From a virus (taxonomy: Duplodnaviria; Caudoviricetes), in IMG/VR virus record IMGVR_UViG_3300037602_000037: a stretch of 64,000 nucleotides of DNA. One strand, 5' to 3'. The notes below the pieces were generated by a model. The model worked only from the letters and a program-made list of their open reading frames with translations. It searched no databases and was not told where the DNA came from. The translations under genes were made by a program, and so were the position numbers. Shown here one piece after another: positions 59,567-64,000 of this stretch. The first letter of the stretch is position 1; every line of letters begins with the position of its first letter.

Positions 59567-60568
59567 TCAGCGGAGTACCTTACGAGGCAACGTGGTAGGT
59601 TCTCCGGTTTCATCAAATTCTGTATTTTTCCAGCCTTCGATTGTGACTTCACGTATACGCTTACCCAATTCCTCGTCCTCGCACTTATAAACGGATACTC
59701 GTTGCGATAGACCCAACGTACTACCATACCGAATGACATCGGCCTTACCGCTTCGAATGAAACTTACCGCCTCACCGATTGTCCAGCGATACAGTCCACA
59801 ATTTGGGTTACGAATTTCATTTGCTCGTTCCATAAACGTTTCGTGGCTTAATTTATCTACGTCATCCTTGAATTCATATTCAATACCATGAATTTCACAG
59901 TACAAAGGTCCACGTTTAACAAGAGACAAATGACTTTCTCGGCAACTTGTACCAAATAGAGACTTACCGGTACTGTCGAAAAATTGTACGTTGTACGTGA
60001 GTTCGTCATTTTCGTCGTCCTGCCAGTGGAAGTTAGCGCTTGTAACCAAAGCGTAACAACCAGGATATTTTTCTGTTACATCATCGAACGAAGCTTCGAT
60101 GTTTACAACATCGCGTGGCCAAAATTTGAAAGGCGGCAGTTCTCGTTCAAAGCGATACTCTCCAAGTTCATAGTCCGCTTTGATCATATCAAATTCGATG
60201 TTGAAGGAACCGTCTGCATTTTTGACGGGCCAAAGTTCATCGTAACGTTGCTTCTCCAACTCGGGGTCTACCAGATATGTAGAATAGACGTCGGCAACCA
60301 TAGGTGCAAGAACTTCACGGGGGTCGCCCGTTTCGAAATCCCATTGTACCATAACCGAGGTATTAGCGGAGTAGATACCAGGCTTCAAGCCGTACTTGAT
60401 GTGGCTTCCGAAAACATCCAAAATCCTTTTCCCGCGCACGATGGAAACGATTGTTCCTTTACGACCGTCAGGCACGTAGTATTCGGAACGATATGAACGC
60501 GCTTCCTTGTCCATCTTAGCCATAACGCGGTCGCCGATTTTCATAAGTTTCATCATAGTCATAGTCAT
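59567..60568 (-). CDS. Hypothetical protein with SH3/KOW-like beta modules
   Basis: KIGDRV...GTIV and FKFWPRDVV...YNVQF patterns. Confidence 0.6.
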   Translation of the reverse strand: MTMTMMKLMKIGDRVMAKMDKEARSYRSEYYVPDGRKGTIVSIVRGKRILDVFGSHIKYGLKPGIYSANTSVMVQWDFETGDPREVLAPMVADVYSTYLVDPELEKQRYDELWPVKNADGSFNIEFDMIKADYELGEYRFERELPPFKFWPRDVVNIEASFDDVTEKYPGCYALVTSANFHWQDDENDELTYNVQFFDSTGKSLFGTSCRESHLSLVKRGPLYCEIHGIEYEFKDDVDKLSHETFMERANEIRNPNCGLYRWTIGEAVSFIRSGKADVIRYGSTLGLSQRVSVYKCEDEELGKRIREVTIEGWKNTEFDETGEPTTLPRKVLR

Positions 60569-60595
60569 GTTCCTCTAGTTGTAGTTGTAATTGAA

Positions 60596-60868
60596 TCAGT
60601 TTTCCGGCCAATGATTGTCAAATTCAGACTCATGGCACCAACGATACACTCGGGTGTCAAATTTGTCGCCCGGTGTTATCACTTTACAGTCTTTCCAGAC
60701 GTCGATTGGAATCCTCAATTGATTGTGGGGTCCCCGTAGTACAATGTGGGTGGCATCGCCGCAACCATTTGGCGTATTGAACTCAGTGTCTACTATGTGA
60801 TGGGGTGTAGTTTCGATCCATACTCGAACTTGATCGACAGTTTCTGCGGTTCTCTTTTTCATAGTCAT
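60596..60868 (-). CDS. Hypothetical protein
   Basis: GAGG SD. Confidence 0.6.
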   Translation of the reverse strand: MTMKKRTAETVDQVRVWIETTPHHIVDTEFNTPNGCGDATHIVLRGPHNQLRIPIDVWKDCKVITPGDKFDTRVYRWCHESEFDNHWPEN

Positions 60869-60895
60869 GCCCCTCTAGTTGTAGTTATGCGCTAA

Positions 60896-61174
60896 TTAAA
60901 CGTTTGTTCCGTGCCAATCTCCCATCAAATCCTCAGGTTCACCCTGAGCAAGTTCAATCCCCATGAATTTACCGGAGTCATCGATATAAATCGTATCCTC
61001 GGGTGAACTGTAAATGTCGAAAGCTGGCCATCCGGTAAGCATGGGACCGGTTTCTCCATCCCCTACGTCCTCCAAATCCGAAGGGTATCGGTCATATGTG
61101 TACCATAGTTTACGAAGATGAAAATCAACGTCGGGGTTGAAAGCAAACGTTTTTAGTGCAGGTGACGCATTCAC
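60896..61174 (-). CDS. Hypothetical protein
   Basis: AGGA SD, GTG start. Confidence 0.55.
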   Translation of the reverse strand: MNASPALKTFAFNPDVDFHLRKLWYTYDRYPSDLEDVGDGETGPMLTGWPAFDIYSSPEDTIYIDDSGKFMGIELAQGEPEDLMGDWHGTNV

Positions 61175-61197
61175 GTGATTGTCCTTTCCATAGAATT

Positions 61198-61401
61198 TTA
61201 CGCTGATCCAATAACTTGTGGGGGTACAGAAAACAAGTTACCGCTATCACGAGGTCCGTCGTAGTAACCAGACCAGAATTGATCGGAATCATCCGCGCAA
61301 AATTCACCGAAAGAACATAGGCAATTTGCTGCTTTTTGGGTGTCGTAACCCAAAGTAACGCAGTTTTTACCCCATTCGAACATATAATTTTGAGTTGTCA
61401 T
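61198..61401 (-). CDS. Hypothetical protein
   Basis: GAGG SD. Confidence 0.55.
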   Translation of the reverse strand: MTTQNYMFEWGKNCVTLGYDTQKAANCLCSFGEFCADDSDQFWSGYYDGPRDSGNLFSVPPQVIGSA

Positions 61402-61405
61402 AACC

Positions 61406-61639
61406 TCATCCTTTCAGATAAGTGTTGCGCAGGTAAATACCCAAAATACCCGCTATAGCCAACACCGCGTAAAACAGCGTAACGCGAGTGTGCAATTCAT
61501 ACACGGTGTAATCAAGCGCCCACTGAAAAACGTATGTGTGGGGAAATTTATACAAATAAAGGAATATACCGATAGTAGTCAAAAATGACGCAAGCTGCGC
61601 GACTACAAACGCAACTATACCTATAACAGCACCCGTCAT
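61406..61639 (-). CDS. Small two-TM membrane protein
   Basis: Start moved to ATG 61639 (GGAG SD). Confidence 0.55.
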   Translation of the reverse strand: MTGAVIGIVAFVVAQLASFLTTIGIFLYLYKFPHTYVFQWALDYTVYELHTRVTLFYAVLAIAGILGIYLRNTYLKG

Positions 61640-61678
61640 ATCCGTCTCCAAACGTTTGTGTGATACATGTATGAAGAG

Positions 61679-61698
61679 AAAGGGGCCGAAGCCCCTTT
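61679..61698 (-). terminator. Rho-independent terminator with cUUCGg loop
   Basis: AAAGGGGC-TTCG-GCCCCTTT, same stem as 54197-54218. Confidence 0.9.
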
Positions 61699-61744
61699 CC
61701 AATGTTCACCGATGTTGTCCCTTTCCAATGTTCACCGATGTTGT
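61693..61744. repeat. Perfect 26-bp tandem duplication in a 3' UTR
   Basis: ccctttccaatgttcaccgatgttgt at 61693-61718 and 61719-61744. Confidence 0.95.
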
Positions 61745-61750
61745 GCAGGA

Positions 61751-62608
61751 TCAGTCGTCCAGGTCGTCGAGGTCGAGGTCTTCGAGGTCCTCATCTTCGT
61801 CCTCGTCTTCGTCTTCGTCCTCATCTTCATCTTCATCTTCATCTTCGTCCTTCTTGGACTTTTTCGACTTCTTGGAAGACTTCTTCTTCGAGGATTTCTT
61901 CTTGGACTTGCGAGCGGGCTTTTCTTCCGCCTCGTCTTCATCCTCATCCTCGTCGGATTCATCCTCGTCCTCGTCATCCTCCGCAAAGGCTGCAACAGCC
62001 TTCACGATCCGACCGGAAAGTTTCGTCGGCGACGCATCTTCCGGAGCATCTTCACCGGTGAGTTCTTCGAACAACGTTTCGAGTTCGTCGGTGTCGATCT
62101 TCTTCAGTTCCGCACGGAGACCCTTCATCGATGCAACGTACATCGCCAGAGCCTCGGTCCGACCGGCGCGTGTATCCTCGTCGGCGGTTTCTTCAATCGC
62201 CTTCGGGTCGGCACCGTACTTCTTCACTTCAGCGCGGAGTTCCGTCAGCTTGCCGGAAGCCGGTTCGCCTTCGAAGTTTTCGAGGTATTCAAAAACCTCG
62301 TCCACGGTCGCGCCGGCCAGGGTATGACCTTCATCTTCAGCATCATCTTCAACGTCGGCCTTTTTCGAACGACGCTTGCGTGTCGGCTTCGCGTCGTCAT
62401 CCTTCTTGGACTTTTTCGACGTTTTGGCCTTCGTCTTCTTGCCGGCGGCCTTCTTGGCCGAGCGCGTCGAAGTTTCGACATCAGAAATGTCATCCGACAT
62501 ACTGCCTTCGAGCATGATCTCCAGGAGATCCGCAACCGCCCCGGCGGTTGACGCGTTGAGCTGTTTGATCAGAGCAGTAGCACGTGCAGAGTTGGTCTTG
62601 CGAGCCAT
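61751..62608 (-). CDS. Highly charged, probably early protein with HeH/Rho-N-like helical motifs and alternating acidic/basic tracts
   Basis: GC-rich codons, GAGGA SD, own promoter and terminator; KLTELRAEVKKYG and DELETLFEELTG motifs; (ED)n tail. Confidence 0.75.
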   Translation of the reverse strand: MARKTNSARATALIKQLNASTAGAVADLLEIMLEGSMSDDISDVETSTRSAKKAAGKKTKAKTSKKSKKDDDAKPTRKRRSKKADVEDDAEDEGHTLAGATVDEVFEYLENFEGEPASGKLTELRAEVKKYGADPKAIEETADEDTRAGRTEALAMYVASMKGLRAELKKIDTDELETLFEELTGEDAPEDASPTKLSGRIVKAVAAFAEDDEDEDESDEDEDEDEAEEKPARKSKKKSSKKKSSKKSKKSKKDEDEDEDEDEDEDEDEDEDEDLEDLDLDDLDD

Positions 62609-62683
62609 TAGGTAGTCCTCTCAGTTAGGTGTTAGCGGCTTATCCGCTTCTTCACCGAAAAGCGATTCGCTTTCCGTATTTAC

Positions 62684-62713
62684 AGAATACGAAATCCACC
62701 CCTAAAACACAAG
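62684..62713 (-). promoter_or_regulatory. sigma70-type promoter CTTGTGT-N17-TATTCT
   Basis: Upstream of 62608; shared -35. Confidence 0.65.
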
Positions 62714-62758
62714 CGAATCCTCAATACGCGAAAAATCACAAACGTTTTGAGGGGGCGC

Positions 62759-62771
62759 TAAGTCCTTGTTT
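62759..62771. promoter_or_regulatory. IHF-like site
   Basis: TAAGTCCTTGTTT versus consensus YAANNNNTTGATW, one mismatch. Confidence 0.4.
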
Positions 62772-62883
62772 TTAAAGGCTTTTTTCGAATAGGCGGATAG
62801 GGTGAATCCCGTTTCTCGATTTTAAGGCCGGTTTAGGGTCGGTCTGTAAACGTTTGTTGAGGAATCGATTTTAAACGTTTGTA

Positions 62884-62913
62884 TTGAGCGAACAGGGTGA
62901 ATCGTGTTATAAT
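62884..62913 (+). promoter_or_regulatory. sigma70-type promoter TTGAGC-N18-TATAAT with extended -10 and GANTC in the spacer
   Basis: TGtTATAAT upstream of the plus-strand genes. Confidence 0.7.
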
Positions 62914-62980
62914 GAGTTTAGGGAATAACCCCTAAACGACGTCAATCTCCTAAACGATTGCAAGCTGAAGGATAAATGAA

Positions 62981-63169
62981 ATGGCTAGTGTTACAATCGA
63001 ATACAAATCCGCATTTGGGGAAGTTTTGAAGAAGGAGGAAATCCGAACGTCTGGTGATTCCACATACGTTTTTGACGACATCAGTAACCACGTTCACCGG
63101 GACGGTGAATTTTATAATGTTCCGATAGGAACCAAGGAAATAGTGATGTCAATCCCTTGCGACATGTAA
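62981..63169 (+). CDS. Hypothetical protein
   Basis: AAGGA SD; first gene after the strand switch. Confidence 0.6.
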   Translation: MASVTIEYKSAFGEVLKKEEIRTSGDSTYVFDDISNHVHRDGEFYNVPIGTKEIVMSIPCDM

Positions 63170-63187
63170 ACGATCTCAAGATAAAGG

Positions 63188-63412
63188 ATGAATGAGATGG
63201 ACGTTCAAACGATGCTATCGCTAGCGTCAAAAAATGATCCCGCGACAGTTGACGCTTTAGTTGAGCTAGGAGTGCTTATTGAAAGCAACGGGGATGATGA
63301 GTTTGAAGTAAACGAAGGTCGATTGTCAGAATTGAAATTAGAGGCATTTCCTGAGGAATGGATTAAAGTCGAGCAGATTATACACGGGGCTTTATCGTTG
63401 AGTAATTGTTAA
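63188..63412 (+). CDS. Hypothetical acidic protein
   Basis: 74 aa ORF. Confidence 0.55.
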   Translation: MNEMDVQTMLSLASKNDPATVDALVELGVLIESNGDDEFEVNEGRLSELKLEAFPEEWIKVEQIIHGALSLSNC

Positions 63413-63526
63413 TCGCCCGTATAACACGTTTATACCCACAGCGTAATGCGGCGGATGCCTAAAAGTGTCCGTCGTTTTGTGTTATACTGAATGTAGGGAA
63501 TACACACATTTTAAGGGACATACGTT

Positions 63527-63931
63527 ATGGGATCGAACATCGTTGAAGCAAAGCGTGAAGTGCGTACTACGTTTAAACTCCGCAAGGATGAGTTTTTCGC
63601 GGAACGTGATCTGCCGGAAAAGTATGTGGGAACTCTAATCGTTCTTGATCGTCTGGCAACTATGTTCGCCAAAGATTCGAAAACGTATCGTTATGATCCG
63701 GAAGCTGTGGCTGCAGTGCAGTTTACCGCTCAGCAAGCGGTGGCTGCTTTCGAGAAAAATAAAGACGAAAAGCCAAAACTTCGGAAAGCCTACCTGCCCA
63801 AAGTATTCCGGCATCTGATGGTGCAGGTCAACCGAAATCATGGATCGAAAGATGGCATGATTTCGGCTCTCCGAGAATTTCTGGAGAACGATCGTTTGGT
63901 CTCCATGTTGGACGAAGCTTTGGGAGGCTAA
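63527..63931 (+). CDS. Hypothetical protein
   Basis: AAGGGA SD; TGtTATACT extended -10 at ~63480. Confidence 0.65.
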   Translation: MGSNIVEAKREVRTTFKLRKDEFFAERDLPEKYVGTLIVLDRLATMFAKDSKTYRYDPEAVAAVQFTAQQAVAAFEKNKDEKPKLRKAYLPKVFRHLMVQVNRNHGSKDGMISALREFLENDRLVSMLDEALGG

Positions 63932-64000
63932 CGTGTGTTACCTGTTGAACGTGGCTTACAAAACGTTTCCAATCCTGACTTTGGCCGCTTTTGTAGCGGC

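Noticed and set aside
61693-61744. 26-bp repeat as a mini CRISPR array
   Set aside because: Two abutting copies with no spacer, and no cas genes in the window
37-62615. Numerous plus-strand ORFs in the track (e.g. 18962-19693, 37895-38596, 61656-62327, 61667-62551)
   Set aside because: They lie antisense to well-supported minus-strand genes, lack SDs and show Ser-rich mirror composition; treated as shadow ORFs
1-64000. Stop-codon reassignment, tRNA genes, terminase large subunit
   Set aside because: Genes tile densely under the standard code with all three stops used; no tRNA cloverleaf or TerL motifs recognised by eye (tRNAscan-SE not run)

Overview
This is a 64-kb segment of a large myovirus (jumbo-type) genome, almost entirely coded on the minus strand. 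Positions 1-25.7 kb hold the virion module: a beta-propeller/Fn3 fibre cut off by the window edge, baseplate, spike, tape measure with lysozyme and M15-like peptidase domains, chaperones, three tube paralogs, sheath, major capsid, decoration-like protein and acidic scaffold. Positions 25.8-50.6 kb form a head-morphogenesis region. Its prohead protease, portal and neck genes are interleaved with a type IB topoisomerase, a giant SNF2-like helicase, an HNH nuclease, a histone-like protein, an Acb1-like 2H phosphoesterase, an NAD+-dependent ligase and a family of small orphan proteins. Positions 50.6-64 kb are an accessory/early region (SprT-like protease, DenV, Tat-signal protein, XRE HTH, many orphans) ending in a strand switch at about 62.6-63.0 kb. 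The capsid and portal resemble, from memory, those of the Lu11/PaBG/RSL1-type jumbo phages. Regulatory motifs (GAAC-N7-GAAC LexA box, TTAA-N7-TTAAC CtrA box, GANTC clusters, CTTG -35) point to an alphaproteobacterial host. Main leads: (1) a shared N-terminal leader plus E-x-A|S site that suggests a capsid-targeting and maturation system for packaged cargo, including polyproteins and enzymes; (2) a divergent promoter hub carrying host SOS and cell-cycle boxes; (3) a cargo gene broken by a 10-bp tandem duplication; (4) a likely +1/-2 frameshift in the tail chaperone; (5) an enriched AAACGTTT operator-like palindrome. All functional calls come from motif recognition and synteny, not database searches.
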